A DNA stretch of 64,000 nucleotides from an uncultured Acidobacteriota bacterium (GTDB lineage Bacteria > Acidobacteriota > Blastocatellia > RBC074): assembly GCA_963796275.1 (NCBI GenBank), contig CAWCKY010000006.1:704001-768000 (forward strand). The letters run 5' to 3'. The position numbers were made by a program, and so were the translations under genes. This document shows positions 22,381-31,286 of the stretch, piece by piece. The notes under the pieces were generated by a model. The model ran no database searches. It saw only the letters and a program-made list of their open reading frames with translations, and had not been told where the DNA came from. Every line of letters begins with the position of its first letter. Positions within the stretch are counted from its first letter, which is position 1.

Positions 22381-25121
22381 TGAAACGCGCGATAGGCATC
22401 AAGAAAATAAGTAATGAGCTCAAGGCGCCGGAGGCGCATCCCGCCAGGGGTATCTGCTGGGTTTATATCACAGGATATATCCTGGGCATTTTTCTTCTGT
22501 CATCGTGTGCGAAGCATGAACCTTCACCACCCACATTTTCACGCGATTCCGCGGGTGATAACGATGATTCGCTGCAAAAAGCCGCAACCGACGCACTCGG
22601 TGATCGGGAAGGCGCGGTAATCGTTATCGACCCGAACACCGGTCGATTGCATGCAGTCGTCAACCCACGCCTGGCTTTCGAACAAGCCTTTCCTCCCGGT
22701 TCGGCTATTAAGCCTTTTACGGCGCTCTCCGCCATGCGTGCCGGGTTAGTTGACCGCGGAACTGCCCACTTGTGCCGGACGCGCTATGAACGTGGAGGAT
22801 TTACGATCGTCTGCGCTCACCGGCGAAGCGCCTCGCCATTCGATCTGCCGCATGCCCTGGCATACTCCTGCAACGATTATTTCGCGCAGGTCGGCGAGCG
22901 CCTGAGCCAGGGCACGTTCAATGCGACGCTCAACCGTTTCGGCTTCGGCGCGCGCACCGGCGTGAGCGCCAACGAGGCGGCAGGCGTCCTGCCGCGCGGC
23001 GAATGGCATGTCGCCTCGGCGCTCGGCGAAAGCGAGAGCCTGTTAGTTACGCCGATCCAGTTGATGGCTGCTTACACCGCGCTCGTCAACGGCGGCCGCC
23101 TCTACCGCCCGCAGGTCAGAAACAGGCGGGATGTACTTCCATCGGCTCATCTGAACATCGTCCCGATACACCGCGCCGCACTGATCGAGGGAATGCGCGG
23201 CGCGGTGAAATACGGGACAGCTGGGACAGCCGGGCTCGGGAGATTGCCGTCATATGTTTTCGGCAAGACCGGGACCTCGACATCGAGCAACGGTTTCCGG
23301 ACACAGGGCTGGTTTGTCGGTTTTTTAGCTGATGGTGATTCAGCCGAAGCTCCGCGCGAAGATCAAATCAGGCTCGGCGTACTGGTTTTTCTCAAACGGG
23401 CGCACGGATCACAATGCGCAGAAGTGGCGGGAAAGATTTTCGATTACGGATTGCGGATTGACGGCTTGGGAGAAAAAGATGCGGGAAAGGGGAGTCGGGG
23501 CGATGAAATAAATTCGCCCAGTCGTGCGGTCGCTTCCAGTCCGCCATTCGCTATCCACCATCCTCAAACAGTAAGTGTTCGTTCGATCAGCGAGAAGCTC
23601 ACGCGCGAGCTGCCATTGGAGGAGTACCTCATTGGAGTGCTCGAAGCCGAATCCGGCGTGGAAGTCGAGCCCGAGGCTTTGAAAGCGCAGGCCGTCATCA
23701 GCCGGACTTTCGCGCTGAGGAATACCGGGCGACACGAGCGCGAAGGATACGATTTTTGCAGCACGACGCATTGTCAGCGCTTCGTCTACTCAAAAAAACA
23801 ATCGAACTCAGCGCGCCGTCGCGCCGTCGAAGAGACTATGGGTGAAGTCCTGCAGGATGGGATGGGCCAACTCGTCGACGCATACTTTCATGCTGCCTGC
23901 GGAGGTGTGACGGCGAATATCCGGGCATTGTGGGGCAGTCCCTCGCCTTCTTACCTGCGCGGCGTGCGCGATGATTTCTGCGCGACGATGCCGCATTATC
24001 GCTGGACACAGACTATTCCGGCCGCGCAGTTGGTTAAAGCGTTGAAGAGCGATGCGCGCACGGACATCGGACCGGAGATCAATGCGATTCTCGTCAGGAA
24101 ACGCGACGCGACGGGAAGGGCCGAGTTGCTCGCACTCGAGGGGGTGCGCCGCCGTCTTGTCAGTGGATGGGATTTCAAGATTATCGTCGGTCGCAGCCTG
24201 GGGTGGCAGATGATCAAGAGCTCTCGTTTTGATGTCTCGCGTTCAGGCGGAGACTTCGTCTTCCGCGGCAGCGGCTTCGGTCACGGTTTGGGTTTGTGCC
24301 AGGAAGGCGCCCACGCCATGGCGAGCCGCGGGATGAATTATCGGCAGATCCTCAAGCATTATTTTCCCGGCACACGGGGAATGCGCGACATGCGGAGCAG
24401 ACGAAGCATGCTGGACGGCAAAGACATGCGGGACACGATGAAATTGTTGGTGAGTTTCCCGGGTGGTCCCGTATCCGGGGATGCTGGAATAATCGACCGG
24501 AAATCGCAAAGGGGAAGTTGGAAACTGATAGCGAGCGAGAACTTTCGTGCGAGTTTCTCCCGTGAGGCAGATAGGCGATCGGTTGAAAATGTATTACGGC
24601 TGCTTGAAGCCGCGCGCACAGACCTGTTAAATCGGCTGCAAATGGCGTCGGTCCAATTGCAGGAATCGAAACCATTCGAGGTTGTGATTCACGAAACCAC
24701 GGCAGATTTCATCACCGCTACCGGTCAATCGGGACTGGCCGCCGGAGCGACGCGTGAAAGGCGAATCGAGTTGCAGCCCTTGACCATCCTAAGGAGGCGC
24801 GGCATTCTCGATTCGACCCTGCGTCATGAATTGGCGCACGCTGTCATTGAAGTATTGAGCGATGGCCGCGCGCCCCGCTGGTTGTCGGAAGGTTTGGCGA
24901 TCTACGTCGCGGGTGAAGGCGCAGCGATGTCGCGCATCGCCGAAAAACAGCGGCTAACGCGCGAGGAATTGGAACGGAAGCTATCGCGGCCCGCTCCGGC
25001 AAAGGTCATGCGCGAATTGTACGCGGCGGCATATCGCCAGGTCATAGCTATGATTCGGTCGGAGGGTGAAGATATCGTCTGGCGGCTCGTAGCTGAAGCG
25101 CGTAATTCGTCCCTGGTTTAA
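22380..25121 (+). CDS. Lipoprotein fusion: penicillin-binding transpeptidase + SpoIID/LytB + zincin-like peptidase domain
   Basis: LSSC lipobox; SAIK, SCN, KTGT; EALKAQAVISRT, CSTTHCQ, GFGHGLGLCQ.GA; HELAH...WLSEGLA; start placed at the coupled ATG 22380. Confidence 0.88.
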   Translation: MKRAIGIKKISNELKAPEAHPARGICWVYITGYILGIFLLSSCAKHEPSPPTFSRDSAGDNDDSLQKAATDALGDREGAVIVIDPNTGRLHAVVNPRLAFEQAFPPGSAIKPFTALSAMRAGLVDRGTAHLCRTRYERGGFTIVCAHRRSASPFDLPHALAYSCNDYFAQVGERLSQGTFNATLNRFGFGARTGVSANEAAGVLPRGEWHVASALGESESLLVTPIQLMAAYTALVNGGRLYRPQVRNRRDVLPSAHLNIVPIHRAALIEGMRGAVKYGTAGTAGLGRLPSYVFGKTGTSTSSNGFRTQGWFVGFLADGDSAEAPREDQIRLGVLVFLKRAHGSQCAEVAGKIFDYGLRIDGLGEKDAGKGSRGDEINSPSRAVASSPPFAIHHPQTVSVRSISEKLTRELPLEEYLIGVLEAESGVEVEPEALKAQAVISRTFALRNTGRHEREGYDFCSTTHCQRFVYSKKQSNSARRRAVEETMGEVLQDGMGQLVDAYFHAACGGVTANIRALWGSPSPSYLRGVRDDFCATMPHYRWTQTIPAAQLVKALKSDARTDIGPEINAILVRKRDATGRAELLALEGVRRRLVSGWDFKIIVGRSLGWQMIKSSRFDVSRSGGDFVFRGSGFGHGLGLCQEGAHAMASRGMNYRQILKHYFPGTRGMRDMRSRRSMLDGKDMRDTMKLLVSFPGGPVSGDAGIIDRKSQRGSWKLIASENFRASFSREADRRSVENVLRLLEAARTDLLNRLQMASVQLQESKPFEVVIHETTADFITATGQSGLAAGATRERRIELQPLTILRRRGILDSTLRHELAHAVIEVLSDGRAPRWLSEGLAIYVAGEGAAMSRIAEKQRLTREELERKLSRPAPAKVMRELYAAAYRQVIAMIRSEGEDIVWRLVAEARNSSLV

Positions 25122-25123
25122 GC

Positions 25124-25333
25124 ATGAATAATACGGATGACGAAGATGAGAATACGCAGACTACCATTAACACGACTGCATACCGCCCGCCCGAGGAGAT
25201 CGCCGCTGACGAGTTGCGCTGCGTGCAGTGCGGTGCTCCCGTGCCGAATATAGCGTGCGGACGGATCATGCCATGTCGATCGTGCGGGTTTCCCTATCCT
25301 TTGGGCGATTGCTCGGATTATGCGGAAAATTGA
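25124..25333 (+). CDS. Small Cys-rich zinc-ribbon-like protein
   Basis: CVQC...C...CRSC...C in 69 aa, 2 nt after previous stop. Confidence 0.6.
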   Translation: MNNTDDEDENTQTTINTTAYRPPEEIAADELRCVQCGAPVPNIACGRIMPCRSCGFPYPLGDCSDYAEN

Positions 25334-25443
25334 TCCTGCCTGAATTTGTTCTGAGAGATCAGCCAGCAGCGTTCAACAGCCATCAAAAAGCGACCTGATG
25401 CCTCCCGATAAGCTTGACTGAACAATCCTAGCTTTGAAATACA

Positions 25444-25473
25444 TTGACAATCCCACAGCAAGCCGTGTATAAA
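25444..25473 (+). promoter_or_regulatory. Putative sigma-70 promoter of leader + sulfate assimilation operon
   Basis: TTGACA-18 nt-TATAAA. Confidence 0.55.
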
Positions 25474-25509
25474 GACCCTCTTGTGTAGAAATGAGACGAT
25501 ACTTTCTTG

Positions 25510-25670
25510 AAAAGTACCGAACAAACATAAAAGAACAGATACTGAAGAACAGATACTGAAGACACGAACACATAATGACAAACTACACAAGATACGAATA
25601 CACGAGTAACGAATATAAGAATATAAGAAGTTACGAAAACAGAAGTAACGAATACAGAAGAAAGCAGGTA
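25510..25670. repeat. A-rich low-complexity tract of degenerate short repeats
   Basis: aagaacagatactg x2; recurrent acgaa/taacgaata units. Confidence 0.7.
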
Positions 25671-25674
25671 TAAA

Positions 25675-25821
25675 ATGTCACGATCAACGCGATCAGAAAG
25701 ACTAATGCTCTTACCTGATACAGGGCTTAGTAGACGGCCCGCAGAATTCTCTTTTAGTCTCACCTCGATTCTTTCCTGCCAAATCGCCTGCTCCTGTTGT
25801 TGCTGCTGTTGTTGTCGCTAG
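25675..25821 (+). CDS. Poly-cysteine leader peptide (putative attenuator)
   Basis: MSRSTRSERLMLLPDTGLSRRPAEFSFSLTSILSCQIACSCCCCCCCR*; 9 Cys, 7 consecutive with mixed TGT/TGC; AGGT upstream; alternative ATG 25705; precedes sulfite reductase. Confidence 0.85.
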   Translation: MSRSTRSERLMLLPDTGLSRRPAEFSFSLTSILSCQIACSCCCCCCCR

Positions 25822-25825
25822 CCTC

Positions 25826-25854
25826 TCGATTGCAGTTCATATTTCTGCAATCGA
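25826..25854 (+). promoter_or_regulatory. Hairpin directly after leader stop codon
   Basis: tcgattgcag-9 nt-ctgcaatcga, perfect 10-bp stem, no U-tract. Confidence 0.7.
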
Positions 25855-25979
25855 TCTCAATCCCAAAAAATTAACTAACTTAAGTTTGCCGGTTGAATTG
25901 TATTCGATCAGGTGAGCAGGTTCAGAATGCAGCCTTTAATTGGTTGCCGAATCGCGTATTCGCGTTTGCGGAGACGACT

Positions 25980-27566
25980 ATGAAAGAGAACAAGGTCGAA
26001 CGACTGAAAATTGAAAAAGACGGCCTCGACGTGTGGCAGGACATTGAGCGTTATGCGCAAACGGGATTCGACACGATCGATCCCGGCGACATGGATCGCT
26101 TCAAGTGGTATGGCCTTTATACCCAGCGACCCGTGGAAGACGGTCGCTTCATGATGCGCGTAAAGGTGCCCAATGGAATCATCAGCGCCGAGCAGCTCGC
26201 GACTATCGGCTGGCTTTCACAGGTTTATGGACATTCCACCGGAGATATCACGACGCGACAGGGAATTCAGATTCACCATCTGCGCATCGAAGATATTCCG
26301 CATGCCATCAACGAATTGAAGAAGGTCTCCCTAACCACGCAGGAGGCCTGCGGCGATGTCGTACGCAATGTCGTCGGGTGCCCGCTGGCGGGGATCGATG
26401 ACAATGAGATCATCGACGCCTCGCAACTGGTGGATCAGGTTGTAAAACAGTTCATCGACAACCGCGATTTTTCTAACCTGCCGCGCAAATTCAAAATTTC
26501 CATCACCGGCTGCACCCATCAATGCGCGCAACACGAGATCAACGACGTCGGCCTGGTCGCCGTCACCAATAATGATGGGGAGGTCGGGTTCGATCTCTGG
26601 GTCGGCGGCGGACTCGGCGCGAAGCCGTATCTGGCCAAACGTCTCGGGGTCTTCGTCTGGTACGACGAAGCGGTCGAGGTCATCACGCGCATCGTCGAAA
26701 TCTTCCGCGACCACGGTTACCGGGACGACCGGCGCAAGGCGCGTCTGAAGTTTCTGGTAGCCGATTGGGGCGTTGAAAAGTTCCGCGATGAGCTCGAATT
26801 ACGGTTGGGACGCAAGCTCGATGACGGTCCTCAAACAGATGTTCCTGAAATTCAAAAACGCGATCACACAGGCGTCTATGAACAGCGCCAGTATGGGCTG
26901 TATTACATCGGCGCGGCTGTGCTGCGCGGCCGGATTTCAGGCGAGCAGATGAGCGCGGTAGCGGGACTGGCTCGGCGTTATGCGAACGGGCGCATTAGAT
27001 TGACCAACGCACAGAATCTGATCGTGCTCGACGTGCCGGCGGAAAACATCGTTACGCTGAGCAACGAGCTGGCACTGCTCGGTCTCGATCCTTATGGCTC
27101 GCCATTTCGCCGCGGTACGGTCTCGTGCACGGGCCGCCAGTTCTGTAAGCTGGCCGTCGTCGAGACCAAAGAGCGCGCAGAGGAGATCATTCTTTACCTG
27201 GAGCAGACTAACCCGGATTTCAGCGATGACATCCGCATCAGCGTGACCGGCTGCGTCAATTCGTGTGCGCAGTATCAGATCGCCGATATCGGCCTGGTCG
27301 GGGTGAAAGGGCAGGAGAATGGGGCAGAAGTCGACTTTTTCCAGGTCCACCTCGGCGGGCATCTGGGGCAGGGAGCGGCGTTCGGGAGAAAAATCTCCAA
27401 ACGCGTCCGGGTCGAGGAGACCAAATTTTATATCGAGCGGGTTCTCCGCACTTACCGTTCGCAGCGGCGGGCGGGAGAACTGTTCTATCAGTTCATCGCG
27501 CGCCACGATGCGAGAGCATTGGAGATGATCGATGAGCTGGAGAGCGTAGAGATGGCCGCTGTATAA
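25980..27566 (+). CDS. sir: Ferredoxin-type sulfite reductase (siroheme, NirA/Sir family)
   Basis: KWYGLY, DITTRQ, CGDVVRN, LPRKFK, CTGRQFC, GCVNSC; GGAG RBS before ATG 25980; substrate inferred from cys context. Confidence 0.9.
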   Translation: MKENKVERLKIEKDGLDVWQDIERYAQTGFDTIDPGDMDRFKWYGLYTQRPVEDGRFMMRVKVPNGIISAEQLATIGWLSQVYGHSTGDITTRQGIQIHHLRIEDIPHAINELKKVSLTTQEACGDVVRNVVGCPLAGIDDNEIIDASQLVDQVVKQFIDNRDFSNLPRKFKISITGCTHQCAQHEINDVGLVAVTNNDGEVGFDLWVGGGLGAKPYLAKRLGVFVWYDEAVEVITRIVEIFRDHGYRDDRRKARLKFLVADWGVEKFRDELELRLGRKLDDGPQTDVPEIQKRDHTGVYEQRQYGLYYIGAAVLRGRISGEQMSAVAGLARRYANGRIRLTNAQNLIVLDVPAENIVTLSNELALLGLDPYGSPFRRGTVSCTGRQFCKLAVVETKERAEEIILYLEQTNPDFSDDIRISVTGCVNSCAQYQIADIGLVGVKGQENGAEVDFFQVHLGGHLGQGAAFGRKISKRVRVEETKFYIERVLRTYRSQRRAGELFYQFIARHDARALEMIDELESVEMAAV

Positions 27567-27692
27567 GTCTGAATTACAGCAGCCAATGTTCTTCGTGAGC
27601 GTTTTGTTTATGGCGATCATTGATGAGACATAGTTTGTAACCCTGCTTGTCACATCCGAAAACAAGCAGAAGAAGGAGGGAAAGATACTGAA

Positions 27693-28856
27693 ATGAGTTT
27701 AATTGATCCACACGGGGGGAAACTGATTGACCGGGAATTGCGCGGGGCAGAGCGCGAAGCGCTGCTGCGAGCATCGGTGAAAATGCCGAGTATTTCGGTC
27801 AACGCACGTGCTGAGGCCGACCTTGAGCTTATCGCATCCGGCGCGCTATCGCCGCTCGAAGGATTTATGGGCGAAGCGGATTACGTTTCGGTCAGAGACA
27901 ACCGGCATCTGGCGAACGGATTGGCCTGGACGATACCCGTCACCTTGTCGGCCACCGATGATGTGAGCGGAACCCTGCACACCGGCGATGATGTTGCTCT
28001 GCGCTCGCGCGATGGGCGATTGGTCGCCGTGCTGCATCTCGCCGAGATTTTCAAATATGACAAAGCGCTCGAAGCCCAGCAGGTGTACCGGACTACCGAA
28101 GAGAAGCATCCAGGCGTGAACGCGATTTATGGGCAGGGCGATTATCTGCTCGGAGGCCGCGTCAGTCTGATCGAAGCGCCGAACCGCCAGGAATTCGGGC
28201 CTTATCGTTTTTCGCCGCGGGAGTTGCGAGCGCTCTTCACCGAGCGGGGTTGGAAGAGCGTCGTCGCCTTTCAGACGCGCAACCCGGTGCATCGGGCGCA
28301 CGAATATATTCAGAAATGCGCGCTTGAGACCGTCGACGGGTTGCTGTTGCACCCCCTCGTGGGCGAGACGAAAGCCGATGATATCCCGGCGCCCGTTCGG
28401 ATGCGGGCATATGAAGTGATCATCGAGCATTACTACCCGGTCTCGCGTACTCAACTGGCCGTGCTGCCGGCTGCGATGCGCTATGCCGGGCCGCGTGAAG
28501 CCATCTTTCACGCGATCATCCGCCAGAACTATGGTTGCTCGCATTTCATCGTCGGGCGCGATCACGCGGGGGTGGGCAATTATTACGGAACATATGACGC
28601 GCAGCGAATCTTCGGCGATTTCGCACCGGGCGAGTTGAAAATCACCCCGATGTTTTTCGACAACACCTTCTTCTGCCGCAAATGCGATGGAATGGCTTCG
28701 GCCAAAACCTGCCCGCACGATCCGGACAATCACGTCAGTTTGAGCGGCACCAAAGTCCGCGAAATGCTGGCGCGCGGAGAAGTACCTCCGTCTGAATTCA
28801 CGAGGCCGGAAGTGGCATCGGTTTTGATCGACGCGCTGAAGGTCGTTGGAGTGTAG
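27693..28856 (+). CDS. sat: Sulfate adenylyltransferase
   Basis: PHGG, FQTRNPVHRAHEY, YAGPREA, GRDHAGVG, SGTKVR. Confidence 0.97.
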   Translation: MSLIDPHGGKLIDRELRGAEREALLRASVKMPSISVNARAEADLELIASGALSPLEGFMGEADYVSVRDNRHLANGLAWTIPVTLSATDDVSGTLHTGDDVALRSRDGRLVAVLHLAEIFKYDKALEAQQVYRTTEEKHPGVNAIYGQGDYLLGGRVSLIEAPNRQEFGPYRFSPRELRALFTERGWKSVVAFQTRNPVHRAHEYIQKCALETVDGLLLHPLVGETKADDIPAPVRMRAYEVIIEHYYPVSRTQLAVLPAAMRYAGPREAIFHAIIRQNYGCSHFIVGRDHAGVGNYYGTYDAQRIFGDFAPGELKITPMFFDNTFFCRKCDGMASAKTCPHDPDNHVSLSGTKVREMLARGEVPPSEFTRPEVASVLIDALKVVGV

Positions 28857-28948
28857 TCAGTTTACAGTTTACAGTTTTCAGTTCTTAGCTCTCAGATGCG
28901 AACTAAAAACTAAAAACTGCAAACTGAAAACTGCAAACTGAAAACCGA
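28857..28948. repeat. Inverted heptamer module (CAGTTTW)n/(AAACTGM)n
   Basis: cagtttacagtttacagttttcagttc ... aactaaaaactaaaaactgcaaactgaaaactgcaaactgaaaacc. Confidence 0.88.
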
Positions 28949-28952
28949 ATGG

Positions 28953-29024
28953 GGCGGTGTAGCCAAGTGGTAAGGCGAAGGTCTGCAAAACCTTTATTCG
29001 CCGGTTCGATTCCGGCCGCCGCCT
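28953..29024 (+). tRNA. tRNA-Cys(GCA), CCA not encoded
   Basis: Acceptor GGCGGTG/CGCCGCC, anticodon arm AAGGT-CTGCAAA-ACCTT, T-arm GCCGG-TTCGATT-CCGGC, U73 discriminator. Confidence 0.97.
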
Positions 29025-29051
29025 CTCATTAAGGAATTAAGGAAAGGATCA

Positions 29052-29618
29052 ATGTCAAAAGGTTTTACGCTTTGGTTTACCGGATTATCAGGGGCAGGGA
29101 AGACGACGCTGACAAATGCGATTTTGCCGCATCTGCTCGAGCGAGGCGTCAGGGCCGAAGTTCTTGACGGGGATGAGGTGCGCACCAACCTGAGCAAAGG
29201 GCTCGGGTTTTCCAAAGAAGATCGCGATACCAACATCCGGCGGATCGGTTACGTCGCCCGCTTGCTCTCCCGCAATGGCGTGGGGGTGATTGCGGCGGCA
29301 ATCTCGCCTTACCGCGAAATCCGCGACGAGGTGCGGCGTTCCATCCAGTCAGATGGCGCGGCTTTTGTCGAAATTTATGTCACTGCGTCGCTGGAGGCAT
29401 TGATAGAACGCGACGTGAAGGGGCTGTACAAGAAAGCTCTGGCGGGTGAGATAAAACAGTTCACCGGCGTAAGCGATCCTTACGAACAGCCGAACAATCC
29501 TGAGCTGGTCATCGAAAGCGATAAGGAGACAGTCGCCGAGAGCGCGACGAAGATCATCGTCACTCTCGAGAAGCTCGGGTTGCTGGCATCGAATCAGAAA
29601 TTGGGAGCGATGATATGA
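29052..29618 (+). CDS. cysC: Adenylyl-sulfate kinase
   Basis: [32 protein letters not shown]. Confidence 0.97.
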   Translation: MSKGFTLWFTGLSGAGKTTLTNAILPHLLERGVRAEVLDGDEVRTNLSKGLGFSKEDRDTNIRRIGYVARLLSRNGVGVIAAAISPYREIRDEVRRSIQSDGAAFVEIYVTASLEALIERDVKGLYKKALAGEIKQFTGVSDPYEQPNNPELVIESDKETVAESATKIIVTLEKLGLLASNQKLGAMI

Positions 29619-30427
29619 AACGGGGAAAGGTTTATCTGGTTGGCGCGGGGCCGGGCGATCCCGGTCTACTGACGCTCAAGGCGAGAGATCTTATCGCCGC
29701 AGCCGATTGCATCATCTACGACTATCTGGTCAACCCGAAGATTCTGGAACACGCGGGGCCGCGCGCGGAATTTATCTACGTCGGCAAACGCGGGGTGGAG
29801 AGCTCGTGGACGCAGGCTGAGATCAATCGCCTGCTGGTTGAAAAGGCCGGGGAGCATTCAGTAATCGTCCGGCTCAAAGGCGGCGATCCTTTCATTTTCG
29901 GGCGCGGCGGGGAGGAGGCGGAGATGCTGGTCGATTCGGGAGTGGAGTGGGAGGTCGTCCCGGGAGTGACTGCCGGATCATCGGTCGCCGCATACGCGGG
30001 GATACCCATCACGCATCGCGGGTTGAGCAGTTCGGTCGCTTTTGTGACGGGCCACGAAGACCCGGCGAAACCGCAATCGGCGATCCGGTGGGAGCATTTG
30101 GCTAACGGCGTCGATACGCTCGTCTTTTTTATGGGCGTGGCGCGCGCCCGGGAGATCGCGGAACGGCTCGTGGAACACGGCCGCAGTTCTGAAACGCCCG
30201 TCGCTGTAGTCCGCTGGGGAACTTACGATCACCAGGAGACTTACATAACCACGCTCGCAAACCTGGCGGACCTGACCGCCCGCGAGCAAGTCGCTTCGCC
30301 CGCGCTTATCGTGGTTGGAGATGTGGTTAAGCTTCATGAGAAGTTGCGGTGGTTTGAGGAACTGAAAGAGGTTCCGTTCGCTCATCGCAACTTCCCTAAT
30401 CCATTTTTGGAGGCGCTGGCGGGATAA
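29615..30427 (+). CDS. cobA: Uroporphyrinogen-III C-methyltransferase
   Basis: [36 protein letters not shown]. Confidence 0.96.
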   Translation: MKRGKVYLVGAGPGDPGLLTLKARDLIAAADCIIYDYLVNPKILEHAGPRAEFIYVGKRGVESSWTQAEINRLLVEKAGEHSVIVRLKGGDPFIFGRGGEEAEMLVDSGVEWEVVPGVTAGSSVAAYAGIPITHRGLSSSVAFVTGHEDPAKPQSAIRWEHLANGVDTLVFFMGVARAREIAERLVEHGRSSETPVAVVRWGTYDHQETYITTLANLADLTAREQVASPALIVVGDVVKLHEKLRWFEELKEVPFAHRNFPNPFLEALAG

Positions 30428-30431
30428 GCGC

Positions 30432-30550
30432 ACACGGGGCACGGGGCACGGGGCACGGGGGCAAACGGGCGACAGGGAAGAATGACCGAGATCAAACGCG
30501 ATTTTTCGCCTGCCGTCTGAATATCTCCTGAGGCTTCTTCGCCCGGTCAC
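30432..30550. repeat. (CACGGGG)n-type repeat with degenerate inverted arm
   Basis: cacggggcacggggcacggggcacgggggc... then ttcgcctgccgtc and ttcgcccggtc. Confidence 0.65.
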
Positions 30551-30565
30551 AAAATCTGTAATCGA

Positions 30566-31216
30566 ATGCGCTACTACCCTATTTATCTCGACCTGAAAGA
30601 TCGCGCCGTCCTGGTAGTCGGTGGAGGGGCGATCGCTGAAAGCAAAGCGCAGCAACTTAACGAGGCGGGCGCGCGGGTTCGAGTTGTAAGTCCAACGCTT
30701 ACACCGCTGCTTTCCGGATGGGCGGCGCGCGGAGTGATCGAGCATGTTCCCGGCCGCTTCAAAGAGGATGATTTGAAAGATGTTTATCTTGTCATCAGTG
30801 CCGCGGATGATCAGGCGGTAAACGAAGAGGTGGCGCGACTCGCCGCGGAGCTTGGATTGTTGATAAACGTCGTCGATCAGCCCCCGTTGTGCAATTTCAT
30901 TACTCCGGCACTGGTGACGCGCGGCGATCTGCAGGTCAGCGTATCGACCGGAGGAGGCAGCCCATCGCTCGCGCAGCGCGTTAAGCGGGAAGTCGCCGCA
31001 TCGATCGGCGAAGAATACGGCGAGTTGCTCAAAATTGCCGCCGAGATGAGGGTTGATGCGAAACAACGAATACCGGATTTTGAGAGACGGCGCAAAGTTT
31101 TACACGAGTTTGTCGAATCAGAAGCGCTGGATCTGATCCGCGCGGGAAAATACGAAGAGGCTCGTGAGCTCGCGCGTTCGTTATTGGAAGCCAACGGCGT
31201 GCGGACGGTAAGGTAG
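30566..31216 (+). CDS. Precorrin-2 dehydrogenase/sirohydrochlorin ferrochelatase (CysG N-terminal/SirC-like)
   Basis: YYPIYLDL, VVGGG, NVVD...CNFITPA, STGGGSP. Confidence 0.92.
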   Translation: MRYYPIYLDLKDRAVLVVGGGAIAESKAQQLNEAGARVRVVSPTLTPLLSGWAARGVIEHVPGRFKEDDLKDVYLVISAADDQAVNEEVARLAAELGLLINVVDQPPLCNFITPALVTRGDLQVSVSTGGGSPSLAQRVKREVAASIGEEYGELLKIAAEMRVDAKQRIPDFERRRKVLHEFVESEALDLIRAGKYEEARELARSLLEANGVRTVR

Positions 31217-31286
31217 GTTGTCCAACGCGGAGAGCTTCCCTGAAGCAAATACATTAATCACGATATTTTCAGCGGAGGAGGAGAGA

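Noticed and set aside
25491-25673. Two short plus-strand ORFs (25491-25559 and 25575-25673) before the Cys leader
   Set aside because: Expected by chance in a T-poor tract and lack a clear RBS; the second ends 1 nt before the leader ATG, so coupling is not fully excluded
25428-25763. Minus-strand hydrophobic ORFs in the track (also 25318-25590 and 25373-25573)
   Set aside because: Products of the low-complexity A-rich tract; no RBS or motif; antisense to the leader
25795-25815. Cys run as a mere trinucleotide microsatellite
   Set aside because: Mixed synonymous codons, two extra in-frame Cys, a nearby stop plus hairpin, and the position before sulfur genes argue for function
25826-25870. 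Classical intrinsic terminator after the leader
   Set aside because: The hairpin is not followed by a U-tract on the plus strand, so the mechanism is left open
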